Shown in pieces: positions 1 to 9,770 of a DNA stretch of 64,000 nt (position 1 is its first letter; each line of letters starts with the position of its first letter). The position numbers were made by a program, and so were the translations under genes. Source of the DNA: an uncultured Planctomycetaceae bacterium (GTDB lineage Bacteria; Planctomycetota; Planctomycetia; Planctomycetales; Planctomycetaceae); assembly GCA_963815195.1 (NCBI GenBank), contig CAWFGE010000008.1, forward strand, positions 96,001 to 160,000. The letters are read 5' to 3'. The notes beneath the pieces are model-generated. The model was given only the letters and a program-made list of their open reading frames with translations. It searched no databases and was not told the origin of the DNA.

Positions 1-2
1 TG

Positions 3-302
3 GAAGACGGCCGAATCGTCATCGCCGGGCAAAGGCAACTTCTCGCCGGTTCGGGCGTGGAGACCGACACCTGCGTGGCGACGGCCATCGAGTTCGCAGG
101 GCTCTCGCTCCAGGAAGCCTGCGACCTCGCGGCCCGAAACCCGGCGATTCTGCTGGGCTTTGAAGAAATCCGTCTCCGCCGCGGTGCGCGGGCCGACTTG
201 ATGCTGTTCCACTACGAACGCCCCGGCGACCCGCTGGAGATCACCGCAACCATCGCCGCGGGCGTGCTGCAACACGGCGAACTCGGCGTGCCCGCGGCTT
301 GA
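3..302 (+). CDS. nagA: N-acetylglucosamine-6-phosphate deacetylase, C-terminal part (5' end outside window)
   Basis: Frame reads EDGRIVIAGQRQLLAGS...A..NPA.LLG...GARADL, a typical amidohydrolase/NagA C-terminus. Confidence 0.7.
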   Translation, partial: EDGRIVIAGQRQLLAGSGVETDTCVATAIEFAGLSLQEACDLAARNPAILLGFEEIRLRRGARADLMLFHYERPGDPLEITATIAAGVLQHGELGVPAA

Positions 303-350
303 TCCCTCCCCGCACGGCCGCGCTGAGGCGAAAGAGATTCTTCGTGGCAA

Positions 351-1421
351 TCACGAACGCTCTTGAGCCGATCGGCGTTCGTGGCTCAACCGAAGTTGGC
401 CGCAGGCGGCGTCGATGTCGGCGCCTTTGCGTTTGCGGACCGTCGCGGCAACGCCCCGGCTCTCCAGAATCTTTAGGAACTCTTCCGTCCGCGGGGCGGC
501 GGGGTCGTGGTAAGACAGCTCCGCCACAGGGTTCATGGGGATCAAATTCACATGCGCGTTCCGGCCGGCTAGAAGCTTTGCCAACTGATGCGCATGCGCG
601 GGGGCATCGTTGATTTCGCCTAACAGCACATACTCGTAAGTCACCCGCCGGCCGGTTTTCTCAAAATAATCCTCGGCGGCGGCGAGCACCTGATCGATGC
701 CGATGTTCGCATTCACCGGGACGAGTTCGTTTCGCAAGCGGTCGTTGGGAGCATGCAGCGACACGGCGAGGTTGTAGGGTTTGCCCAGGGCCGCGAGTTC
801 GCGGATTTTTTCAGGCAGGCCCACGGTGGAAATCGTAATTCGCCGGGCCCCCAAGCCCATTTCCCGGGGATTGTTCAAAGCCTCGAGCGCGGGCAGCAGG
901 GACTTGAGGTTCGCGAGAGGTTCGCCGATCCCCATCACGACCACGTTGGTCAATCGCTCGTCTTGTTTGAGCAAGCGGTCCACGCGCAAGACCTGCTCGA
1001 GGATTTCGCCCGTCGACAGGTTCCGCTTGAGGCCTTCCAACCCGCTCGCGCAGAACACGCAGCCCATCGCGCAGCCCACCTGCGTGCTGATGCACACCGT
1101 CCGGCGTTTGGTTTCCCGCATCAACACGCACTCGACGACCTGGCCGTCCTGGAGTTCGAGCAGCAGCTTTTCCGTGCGGTCCTTGGCGATTTGATGTCCG
1201 ACGATGCGCGACGCGAAGAGATCGAACGACTCCGTCAAAGTTTCGCGAAACCGCTCGGGGAGATCGCGCATGTCCAAGAACGACTCCGCCCGCTTGCCGA
1301 ACACCCACCGGCGAATCTGATCCGCGCGGAACGCCCGCTCGCCCCGCGACTGGCACCATTCGGCCAACTCCTCGCGGGAGAGATCGTTCAAGCAGGGCTT
1401 GGAATCCAAGCGGACGGGCAT
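351..1421 (-). CDS. rlmN: 23S rRNA m2A2503 methyltransferase (radical SAM)
   Basis: CISTQVGCAMGCVFCAS, MGIGEP, ISLH-like VSLHAP and DIDAACGQL motifs; start placed at ATG 1421. Confidence 0.95.
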   Translation of the reverse strand: MPVRLDSKPCLNDLSREELAEWCQSRGERAFRADQIRRWVFGKRAESFLDMRDLPERFRETLTESFDLFASRIVGHQIAKDRTEKLLLELQDGQVVECVLMRETKRRTVCISTQVGCAMGCVFCASGLEGLKRNLSTGEILEQVLRVDRLLKQDERLTNVVVMGIGEPLANLKSLLPALEALNNPREMGLGARRITISTVGLPEKIRELAALGKPYNLAVSLHAPNDRLRNELVPVNANIGIDQVLAAAEDYFEKTGRRVTYEYVLLGEINDAPAHAHQLAKLLAGRNAHVNLIPMNPVAELSYHDPAAPRTEEFLKILESRGVAATVRKRKGADIDAACGQLRLSHERRSAQERS

Positions 1422-1497
1422 GTTTTTTAGCTCCAACTGGCCACGAAACGTTGACTTTCCAGAAGGCCTTCCCTGAAAAGACCCGCATTTTGAGGGA

Positions 1498-1625
1498 CAA
1501 AGGCCACAAAGGAGCAAAGGCCACAAAGCAGAAGCCTTGGCTCGGCCGGTGGTCTTTAGGGTCGCCACGCCCTTCGCTGCGCGCCACCTGTCTTTCCCTT
1601 TGCTCCTCTGGGGCCTTTGTGGCCT
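1498..1625. repeat. Intergenic REP-like inverted repeat (AGGCCACAAAGG ... CCTTTGTGGCCT)
   Basis: aggccacaaag occurs twice near 1501-1528, with complementary ctttgctcct and cctttgtggcct near 1598-1625. Confidence 0.5.
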
Positions 1626-1631
1626 CAACAA

Positions 1632-3743
1632 TTAATCGGTGTGCACAAAGATGTCGAGAAACAGCACGAAGAGCATCAAGGCCACGACAAACAAGAGGCC
1701 CGCCGCCTGCGCGGCCCGCAGGACCCGTTCGCTCGGTTTGCTGCGGGTCACGCCTTCCCAGATCAGAAACACCATGTGGCCGCCGTCCAAAACCGGGATC
1801 GGCAAGAAGTTCAACACCGCCAGGTTCACGCTGAGAAAGCCCAGGAACATCAAGAGTTCCGGGAGTCCGTGGGCCGCGATTTTATAAGCGGCCTTGGCAA
1901 TCCCCCACGGCCCGTGCAGTTCCGTAAACGAAATGTTTCCGCTGAAGAGGTTGCGGAGGGTGAGATAAATATCGTAGGCGGAGTTCTTCACGTGGTCGTA
2001 GCCCATGTGCATCGCGGCCAGAAAATTGGGCACGACTTGGGTTTCCGTCAGGCCCAAGAGGCGAATCCCCCGATTGTCCGGCAGGTACCAATCTTTGACC
2101 GGTTCGGGCTTCATGCGGACCTCCCGCGTCTCCTCCTTGTCGTTGGTCACGGTCAGGATCACCTCGCGGTCGGGCGTCATCTGCATGACCCGGAATGCGA
2201 ACGCCCAGTTCTGTTTGCCTTCGGATTCCTTCTCGCCGAACTTGATCTCCCGCTGCTCCGAGCCGAGCATATCCTGCTCGTCGTCGGGCGGCGGCAGGAA
2301 CACGATTTTATTCAGGCGTTCTCCCTTTTTGATTTTCGCTTTGGCGGCGGGAGAATCCGGCTCGACGCCGAGCACGAACGAGGGAATCATGTGATAGGCG
2401 AGTCCGATCGCGGGCACATCGAGCGGCACGTTTTCGCCGAAGGGCAAAAATGTCCAGCCCGGGCGGTCCACGGGCGCGACCCGCAGCGTGAGGATTTTGT
2501 CTTCGCCCTCGTCCTGCCGGCGGGCGACCCGCACCACCACCTCTTTTTCGGGCTGGCCGTCCACTTCGACGACTTCCCGCTCGCCGCCGGTCCGGCGGGA
2601 ATAAAAGTAATCGGGCAGCCGCAGCGGATCCATGTCCGTGCCCACGGCGACGCCGTCGATATGTGTGATTTTATCGCCCACCCGCAACCCCGCGCGGGCC
2701 GCGGGCGAGTTGTCCGCGATCGCGGTGATCTTGCTGATGTCCATCCGCAATCCCAGCCGGCGGAAATGCGCGGGCGGCACGGTGATCGGCTTTTGCAGCA
2801 ATTTCCCGTCCCGCTCGACATAGAAATCCACGGGGGAGCGGCGGACATCGGTCAAGCCCAACCAGCGGTTTAGCTGCGGGTAGGTGGAAAACGCCTGAAC
2901 TTTCCCGCCGTGGATGGCGGCTTTTTTGATGATGTCCCCCTTCTCGAAACCTTGCCCCTCTTTGAGCGTGCTCGCGGGCGAGGCGGGTTCGGCGATGGGC
3001 ACATCCACTTCGGGCGGAATGATCTCGAGGCTGTCGGTCATCGGAGCGGCCCCGATGATCCGCCGGGTTCCGGATTTGTCGGGGATCACGTCGCGCTCGA
3101 ACTCTTTGCCGTCGGGATGCACGCCTTCAATGTGCAAAGGCCCGGAAGTCAACGCGACGCCCCGCATGAGGTCCGAGAACGTGGACACGTCCCGGTCGTT
3201 GATCCGCGTGATGCGGTCGCCCGTGTCGAGCCCCGCTTTCCACGCGGGCATCCCAGGCTGCGTGCCGCCGATCTCCGAGGGCGACATTTCGACGCCGATG
3301 TTGAAGGCGATCGCAAAAAACAGCATCCCGGTGATGATGTTCATAATCACGCCGGCGGAGATGATCGCCATCCGCTGCGGCACGGACTTGGCGGAATAGG
3401 ACCTGGGATCCTGGGCGATTTCCTCGTTGGTCATCTGGGTGGCGTCCATGTCGTCCTGGCCCAGCATTTTCACGTAGCCGCCGAAGGGAATCAACGAGAG
3501 GGCATATTCCGTCTCCCCGCGTTTCACGCTCCACAAGATCGGCCCGAACCCGATGCTGAACCGCTCCACGTTCACGTTGCACCACTTGGCGACGGCAAAG
3601 TGGCCGAGCTCGTGAAAGAAAATCACAAACCCCAGCCCGATGGCGACATAGAGAATGTTGAGGCCCATGCCGATAATCGACGCGGCCCACAGCGGGGTCA
3701 ACAATTGCGAAGAGGCGAACAGACTGAACATCAAGGTTGCCAC
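1632..3743 (-). CDS. rseP: Site-2 protease RseP (M50) with multiple PDZ domains
   Basis: HELGH, GGYVKM and [12 protein letters not shown] motifs; follows dxr. Confidence 0.93.
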   Translation of the reverse strand: MATLMFSLFASSQLLTPLWAASIIGMGLNILYVAIGLGFVIFFHELGHFAVAKWCNVNVERFSIGFGPILWSVKRGETEYALSLIPFGGYVKMLGQDDMDATQMTNEEIAQDPRSYSAKSVPQRMAIISAGVIMNIITGMLFFAIAFNIGVEMSPSEIGGTQPGMPAWKAGLDTGDRITRINDRDVSTFSDLMRGVALTSGPLHIEGVHPDGKEFERDVIPDKSGTRRIIGAAPMTDSLEIIPPEVDVPIAEPASPASTLKEGQGFEKGDIIKKAAIHGGKVQAFSTYPQLNRWLGLTDVRRSPVDFYVERDGKLLQKPITVPPAHFRRLGLRMDISKITAIADNSPAARAGLRVGDKITHIDGVAVGTDMDPLRLPDYFYSRRTGGEREVVEVDGQPEKEVVVRVARRQDEGEDKILTLRVAPVDRPGWTFLPFGENVPLDVPAIGLAYHMIPSFVLGVEPDSPAAKAKIKKGERLNKIVFLPPPDDEQDMLGSEQREIKFGEKESEGKQNWAFAFRVMQMTPDREVILTVTNDKEETREVRMKPEPVKDWYLPDNRGIRLLGLTETQVVPNFLAAMHMGYDHVKNSAYDIYLTLRNLFSGNISFTELHGPWGIAKAAYKIAAHGLPELLMFLGFLSVNLAVLNFLPIPVLDGGHMVFLIWEGVTRSKPSERVLRAAQAAGLLFVVALMLFVLFLDIFVHTD

Positions 3744-4879
3744 CGGGTTGTCTCCTTTCGAGCCCAGCCGTCAAGCCGCAGCAAATCCGTCAAAGTCGGC
3801 GACGGGTCAAACTCGTGTGCTTCCAAAACCGCCTTGCAGGCGCGGGGAATTTCGATAAAGGGAAGTTCGTGATTCAAAAACCGTTCCACCGCCACCTCTT
3901 TGGCGGCGTTGAGGACCGCCCCGCTGCTGCCGCCCCGGCGGGCTACCTCGAATCCTAACGCCAAACCCGGAAAGGCGTCCAGGTCAGGCGGGGACAGCTC
4001 GAGGGCATAAGCCTGGCGCCAATCCATCGCGGGACTGATCCCTGGAACCCGTTCCGGCCAGGTCAGGGCATATTGAATTGGTAGCTTCATATCCGGCGGA
4101 GACAACTGCGCAATCACCGAACCGTCCACAAATTCCACAAAAGAATGGATGATCGACTGCGGATGCACCACGACCTCGATCTGGTCCGCCTCCAGCCCGA
4201 ACAGCCATTTGGCCTCGATGATCTCCAGGGCTTTGTTCAGCATCGTGGCCGAGTCGATCGTGATCTTGGGCCCCATGTTCCAGGTGGGATGATCTAACGC
4301 CATCTCCGGCGTGACAGAGCGCATTTGTTCACGAGTCCAGCCGCGAAACGGACCGCCGCTCGCCGTCAGCACGACCCGGCGGACTTCGCAGGGCCGGCCC
4401 GCTTGGAGGGCCTGGAACACCGCGCTATGCTCGCTATCGACCGGGATCAGCGTGGCCCCGGTCTCTAAGGCTTTGGCCATCACCAAAGGCCCCGCGACGA
4501 CCAGCGTTTCCTTGTTGGCGACGGCCACGGTCTTTCCCGCCTCGATCGCCGCCCAGGTGCCTTTCAGTCCCGCCGCTCCCACGATGCCCGAGACGACAAT
4601 ATCCACCTCCGGCATCGCCGCGACCTCTTCGATCGCCTCCGGACCAAACATCAAATTCGTGTTTGGGGGAAATTGGCTCCGGTCGCAGTGATTCTTCGCC
4701 TCGGCATCGCCCAAGACGGCATAGCGGGGCGAAAAATCCGCCGCCTGCGCGGCCAAGGGCTCCCATTGACGATGGGCCGTCATCGCAAACACCGCCAGGC
4801 GGTCTTCGAGCGAACGCACCACCTCCAGGCAACTTTTGCCAATCGAGCCGGTCGCTCCCAAAACGGCAATCTGCTTCAT
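3731..4879 (-). CDS. dxr: 1-deoxy-D-xylulose-5-phosphate reductoisomerase
   Basis: [28 protein letters not shown] and [17 protein letters not shown] motifs. Confidence 0.97.
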   Translation of the reverse strand: MKQIAVLGATGSIGKSCLEVVRSLEDRLAVFAMTAHRQWEPLAAQAADFSPRYAVLGDAEAKNHCDRSQFPPNTNLMFGPEAIEEVAAMPEVDIVVSGIVGAAGLKGTWAAIEAGKTVAVANKETLVVAGPLVMAKALETGATLIPVDSEHSAVFQALQAGRPCEVRRVVLTASGGPFRGWTREQMRSVTPEMALDHPTWNMGPKITIDSATMLNKALEIIEAKWLFGLEADQIEVVVHPQSIIHSFVEFVDGSVIAQLSPPDMKLPIQYALTWPERVPGISPAMDWRQAYALELSPPDLDAFPGLALGFEVARRGGSSGAVLNAAKEVAVERFLNHELPFIEIPRACKAVLEAHEFDPSPTLTDLLRLDGWARKETTRWQP

Positions 4880-5009
4880 CAGGCGTTCGCGGTTCGGGTG
4901 ATGAAGGGGGGAAGAAAGGAAGCCGAGCGGCGTCAGCCACCGGGTCAAATCGCACCCAGTCGCCGACGCGACCCGGCTCGCCGGTGTTCGCGTTCTCTGG
5001 CTGTTGCTG

Positions 5010-5279
5010 TTACCAACTGGCTTTTTTCATGCCGGGAATCAGGCCGTCCAAAGCCATGTCGCGGAGCATGATCCGGGAAATCTGGAACTTCCGGTACACG
5101 CCGCGGGACCGCCCCGTCAATTTGCAGATGCGGCGCAGCCGGGTGGCGCTCGAGTTTCGCGGCAATTTGGCGAGGGCGGCGTAGTCGCCTTCTTTTTTCA
5201 GCTGCTCGCGCCTCGCGGCGTATTTTTCCACGAGTTTCGCGTTCCGCTTCATCTTTTCAATTTTGGATTTGGACGCCAT
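5010..5279 (-). CDS. rpsN: 30S ribosomal protein S14, 89-aa type lacking the zinc ribbon
   Basis: [30 protein letters not shown]...[10 protein letters not shown]; only one Cys. Confidence 0.95.
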   Translation of the reverse strand: MASKSKIEKMKRNAKLVEKYAARREQLKKEGDYAALAKLPRNSSATRLRRICKLTGRSRGVYRKFQISRIMLRDMALDGLIPGMKKASW

Positions 5280-5639
5280 GTGTGTTGTCTGGTTGAAATC
5301 TTTGAAGTTGAAAGGAAAAAACCGAAACCGACCGGTGTTTGATATTACCACAAAGAGCGGGGAAACTATACCAAGTTGCCCCCGGCTCGAAAAGCAATCC
5401 GCGACGTTTTCTTCCCGGTGCCGACGGTTTTTTGGGTCGTTTGGACAGAAGCATGCGAAGAATCGTCCGAAAAATCCCGAAATCGCGGCAATTTTGGCAA
5501 TTTTTTCGGACGTAACCCATCAGAAACCGGGAATGCAATGTGCAAACCAAAACGACAGGAGTACAATAGACGATGGATGTCTCCTCTTACGGATTGACGT
5601 TGTAACTTTGTCAATTACGGCAAAAAAGGATGGTTTGGG

Positions 5640-6130
5640 ATGTCTCACCCTTACACCCCCGGTGATCCGGTTATCTTTCACAAAACCAAATACAGCCAAA
5701 GCCCCGGTCCGCGCACCGGGAGGTCACGCCCACGCCTCATGGGGACGACTACGCCTATGTCGTGGACAAATACTGGCTCGTGAAAGAATGCCGGGACGAC
5801 GGCACCGTCCTGCTCGTCACCCGCCGGGGCAAAGAGCATCTCGTCCGGGAAGACAGTCCCAACCTCCGGCACGCCAACTGGTGGGAGCGATTTGTCCATC
5901 GCAACCGCTTTCCCGAAATCGACCCCGCCACGGGAAATGTCGTGGTTGAGGAACCGGCGGGAATTCAACTCCAGTTGGCACGCCGCCAGTTAATCGCTTC
6001 CGTAGCGGCGGCTCTTACGGCCGAAACCCGCCTTAGGATCATTCGAGAAATAACTGAGCGGAATGGCGCTAGCCACCAGTTGGTGGAACGCGAACAGCCG
6101 GCGGCGAGCGCCGTGCCCCTCAAAGAATAG
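5640..6130 (+). CDS. Small hypothetical protein with probable frameshift near 5715; true 3' end uncertain
   Basis: MSHPYTPGDPVIFHKTKYSQSPGPR continues in another frame as REVTPTPHGDDYAYVVDKYWLV; the ORF runs into the MITE. Confidence 0.5.
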
Positions 6131-6155
6131 AGGACACTTATTTCTCGAACGATCC
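6036..6155. mobile_element. 120-bp MITE, copy 1
   Basis: TIRs GGATCATTCGAGAAATAA / TTATTTCTCGAACGATCC, flanked by TTA on both sides; second copy at 55861-55980. Confidence 0.85.
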
Positions 6156-6569
6156 TTAGTGGAGCGGATGGCTCGAGGCCGGCGGGACGGGGGCCTCTTC
6201 GCGCGGCGGATTGCCGGCCAATTGGATCGATCCGCAGATAAACATAATGCAGATGAGGCCCGTCACATACACCGTCTTGCCGACGAAGTTGCTCAATTCC
6301 AGCCCCAAAATGGAGTGGGTGTCGCCGGCGGGCGGGGCGATGCAGCCCCACACCAAAATCGCCAGGCCCGCAATCAAGACGAGGCCCGTCCAACCGCCTT
6401 CGAGCAGAATTTTCCGCAGGCGGACCCAATTCACCGCCCCGACCCAAAACGCAATCCAGAGAATAAGCGCGATATACAACCCCGCGTGCGGCTCGAACAG
6501 GCCGAAGAAGGACACAATCACGTCCACGCCGGCCCGGAGGAATTGCCCAAGACTTTCTAAGAATTGCAT
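6156..6569 (-). CDS. Hypothetical membrane protein
   Basis: 3-4 hydrophobic segments; ATG at 6569. Confidence 0.7.
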   Translation of the reverse strand: MQFLESLGQFLRAGVDVIVSFFGLFEPHAGLYIALILWIAFWVGAVNWVRLRKILLEGGWTGLVLIAGLAILVWGCIAPPAGDTHSILGLELSNFVGKTVYVTGLICIMFICGSIQLAGNPPREEAPVPPASSHPLH

Positions 6570-7238
6570 GGAAACTGCCGTCCGAAATAAATGTGGGAGA
6601 ACCGTGCCGACAGAATGTCTTAGCAAATCCACGGCCGAAAAACCAGCGACCGGCTTCGCAGAAACCGTTCACCGTTCTTCATTAGCCGCAGGCCGCTGGC
6701 GGGTCTGGCCATAAGTCTTGCAAGAAATTGGGAAACGTTTAATTCAAACTTCGACGTGAATCGGGATGCCCCAACGGGGCAAAACAAGTCAGCCTCGGTG
6801 GAGCAACACGGCGACAGCCGCAGGCGAAGCCCCAGGTCCAGGGAACAAAATCCATCAGAGGCCCCAAGACTCCGGGCGATTTCTTGACGAACTCAGCGAC
6901 CGATTCGACAAGACGTCTGTTTGGGTGAGCGTGGCTGCCCGGTGGCTACTTGGCTGATCTTAACGGCTCCCCAAAACATGCTTCAAACCACTTGTTTTGT
7001 AGATTCGGGACGACAAGAGGGCTATTGAACTTTTTCTGGCCGGCGTCCGGGGCTGGGAGGCCGGAATCCGGCGGAGGATTGATGATAGAACGGCTTGTCG
7101 AGATTGATTTTTCTGCCCTTGCTGCGAGAGAACGTCGTGCAGCATTGGCAAGTACAACTTGGTGCTGAGTGGACATCCGGAGGAATTGAAATGCGTCCAC
7201 GGTGAGTTGGCGATGTGGCGTACGTCCGGGCATTTGGT

Positions 7239-8339
7239 TTACCGTGCGCCGCCAGGAAGTGGCTGGTCGTCGATTTCACGTAGGACGCGGAAGCCCAGGT
7301 AGCACGCACCATCGGTGGCGTCGAAGAAGCCGCGTGCGGCAGAGCGGCAGAGGATAGGGCCGTTTGCCCAACTGCCTCCGCGGATGACCCGCCAGTCGCC
7401 GTCGTCTGCCGCATCCTCGTCGTTCCGAGGGTTTACGCTCGGTGCGCTTCGGGCGTTGGCCACCAGCGCGCGGTAACAGGTGTCGAGATACCGATCCTCG
7501 CACCACTCCCAAACGTTGCCGTGCAGATCGTAGAGGCCCCAAGGATTGGGCCGGTAGCTGCCGGTTGGGGCCGTGTAGATCGAGTCGTCGGCAGGATCCA
7601 GGCGGGGATCGAGAAGCCATTGCCGCGTTGCCATTCCAGGGTGACGCTCTTCGAGCTCGATGCCAGCAACATTGGCATGCCGGTGAATCTCGCCACGAAA
7701 CGTGTCGCCAAAGGAGAACCAGCCGCTCGTCCCGGCGCGACAAGCATATTCCCACTCCGCCTCCGTGGGCAACCGGTAACGAGCCCCGTCCTCCTTACTG
7801 AGCCATCGGCAAAATGCCTGCGCGTCCTGCCAACTTACGCCGACCACGGGATGCGAGTCTTGTTGCGTGAAGCCGGGCTGCCTCCACAGGAATTCGCGCC
7901 GCCGTTCGAACAGACGCCGTAGACCCGTGCGCTCGATCTCCTCGTGGGAGCGGGGAGCGAAACCCACGATTCCCTCGGCAGAAGTTTCGCCGCTCGTGCG
8001 ATAACCGGTGGCCTTGACGAACTTGCGAAATTGGCCGACCGTGACCTCATGGGTTGCACAGTAAAACGGCCGGCTGATCTGTACCCGGTGTCGCGGCCGC
8101 TCATCCTGGGCGAAGCCGCGCGGCGTAATCGAACGGGGAAACGCGGCGACCAGTTCCTCGCATTGGCCACTGTGGTCGTGACCACGGTCGTATTGGCCGG
8201 CCGGAATGAGGCGGAAGTCGATTCCCAAGGGACTCGTCAGCTTGTCAGCCGGTGCGACAGGAGCATCTGGACCTTCGGGGCCGGCCCAAGCTTCAGCCGC
8301 GGTGACCGCGAGCGCGAGTAGAATGGCGTACTGGTGCAT
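7239..8339 (-). CDS. Formylglycine-generating enzyme (SUMF1/FGE-sulfatase) family protein, secreted
   Basis: Signal peptide MHQYAILLALAVTAA; RLPTEAEWEYACRAG, NPWGLYDLHGNVWEWC, RGGSW and GFRV motifs. Its fusion to upstream sequence in the ORF track reflects a frameshift. Confidence 0.9.
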   Translation of the reverse strand: MHQYAILLALAVTAAEAWAGPEGPDAPVAPADKLTSPLGIDFRLIPAGQYDRGHDHSGQCEELVAAFPRSITPRGFAQDERPRHRVQISRPFYCATHEVTVGQFRKFVKATGYRTSGETSAEGIVGFAPRSHEEIERTGLRRLFERRREFLWRQPGFTQQDSHPVVGVSWQDAQAFCRWLSKEDGARYRLPTEAEWEYACRAGTSGWFSFGDTFRGEIHRHANVAGIELEERHPGMATRQWLLDPRLDPADDSIYTAPTGSYRPNPWGLYDLHGNVWEWCEDRYLDTCYRALVANARSAPSVNPRNDEDAADDGDWRVIRGGSWANGPILCRSAARGFFDATDGACYLGFRVLREIDDQPLPGGAR

Positions 8340-8401
8340 TGGACGAGCTTTCTCGGTTGGCGCCTTATCTATTCGATCCGTAACCTGGTGCTGCGGACGG
8401 C

Positions 8402-9743
8402 TCACCCGATGAGCTGCCGAATCGGTCCCGTGCTGTCCTGAAACGTCTCGCCGACGTTCACGCCCATGCGGTCGAGCAGTGTGTGCCAGATGCTGGAGAG
8501 CGGAGTACGCTCGGGAAGCCGGAGGTGCCCTTGATGTTTGATCCCCAGTGCCCGCCCACCGAACAGAGCCGTGGGGAGCCGGTCGGGCGAATGGTTCATG
8601 CCCATGCCACTGGAAAACGCCAAGAGGGTGTGGTCGAGTACGCGCACTGCCGTCGACATGGCGGATCGATTTCAGCCGGTCGAGCAGGTGGGCAAAGTGT
8701 CGAATGTAGATCGTGTCAACCTGGGCCAACTCTTCCAGATTCCTGGGGTCGTGGTTGTGGTGGCTCAGTTCGTGATATCCCTTCGACACGCCGAACTCGG
8801 GATAGACGCCGCCGCGGAGTTCTTGCCGCACGACGTACGTGATAATTCGGGTTGAGTCGGTCTCAAAGGCCAGCACCATCAGGTCGTACATGAGCCGCGA
8901 ATAGGTCTCGTAGTGGAAGTCGCGAGTCAACTCGGGATCGTAGGATCGCTCGAACGCGCCGCGCGGTCACGCGCGTACAGGTGGCTTAGGGCGTTCCGAC
9001 CATTGGATATCGCGTTGCAATTGGCGTTCCACCGCGCGGACCGAGGCGAGGTAGTCGTCGATTCGTCGTTGATCGTCGCGGCTGACGCGGCGCTCCAGCC
9101 GCCGGGTTTGCTCGCCGATTGCGTCGAGGATGCTGCCACGGCGGGCGAACGAGCGCTGCTGCTGCGAATGCTGCTTGGCGTCGCTCGTGCGAAACAGGCG
9201 ATCGAAGATCGCCCGCGGGTTGCTCTCGGCCGCGAGAGGAACGCCGTTGCGATTCCAGGCCAGCGTCTTCATGCTGCCGCCGAAGCCGGTGCCGCGGCGG
9301 ACGGAAAGTTCCAACGAGGGGAAGCGGGACTCGCGGCCGACTTGCTCCGCCGCGAACTGGTCGGCCGAGACGGTATTCTTGATCCCTTGCGACGTGTGGG
9401 CTTTGGCCCCGGTGAGGAACGTGTAATCGCCGGTGTGGGCTCCGCCGTGGCGAAGCCACGTTCCGCTGACCACCGTCATATCGCCGCGAAATGGTTCAAG
9501 CGGCCTGAGAGTCCGGCTCGGTGTAAAGCCGAGGCCATCGTTAGAAGGCGTGAATTGATCCATGTTCATCCCCGTGCCGAAGTAGCACACGGCCAGCCGC
9601 GACGGGGCAGCGTGTGGATCGACGGCATTTCGCCCCGCCCAATTGGCCGTCGTTCGGACAGGCACCATCGCTTCGAGCAACGGAAGGGCTACAGCGACGC
9701 CGGCGCCGCGAAGCATGGTGCGTCGGTCGATGGAAGGTGTCAT
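8402..9743 (-). pseudogene. DUF1552 family protein split by two frameshifts (~8960, ~8640); possibly sequencing errors
   Basis: RRTMLRGAGVAVALPLLEAM, SADQFAA, LAFETDSTR and HELSHH are spread over three frames. Confidence 0.8.
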
Positions 9744-9770
9744 GGAAAGGGTCTCCTGCGAATGTGGCGA

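Noticed and set aside
7239..8930. 563-aa DUF1552-FGE fusion ORF
   Set aside because: Produced by a frameshift; FGE has its own start and signal peptide at 8339, and the DUF1552 end lies in another frame
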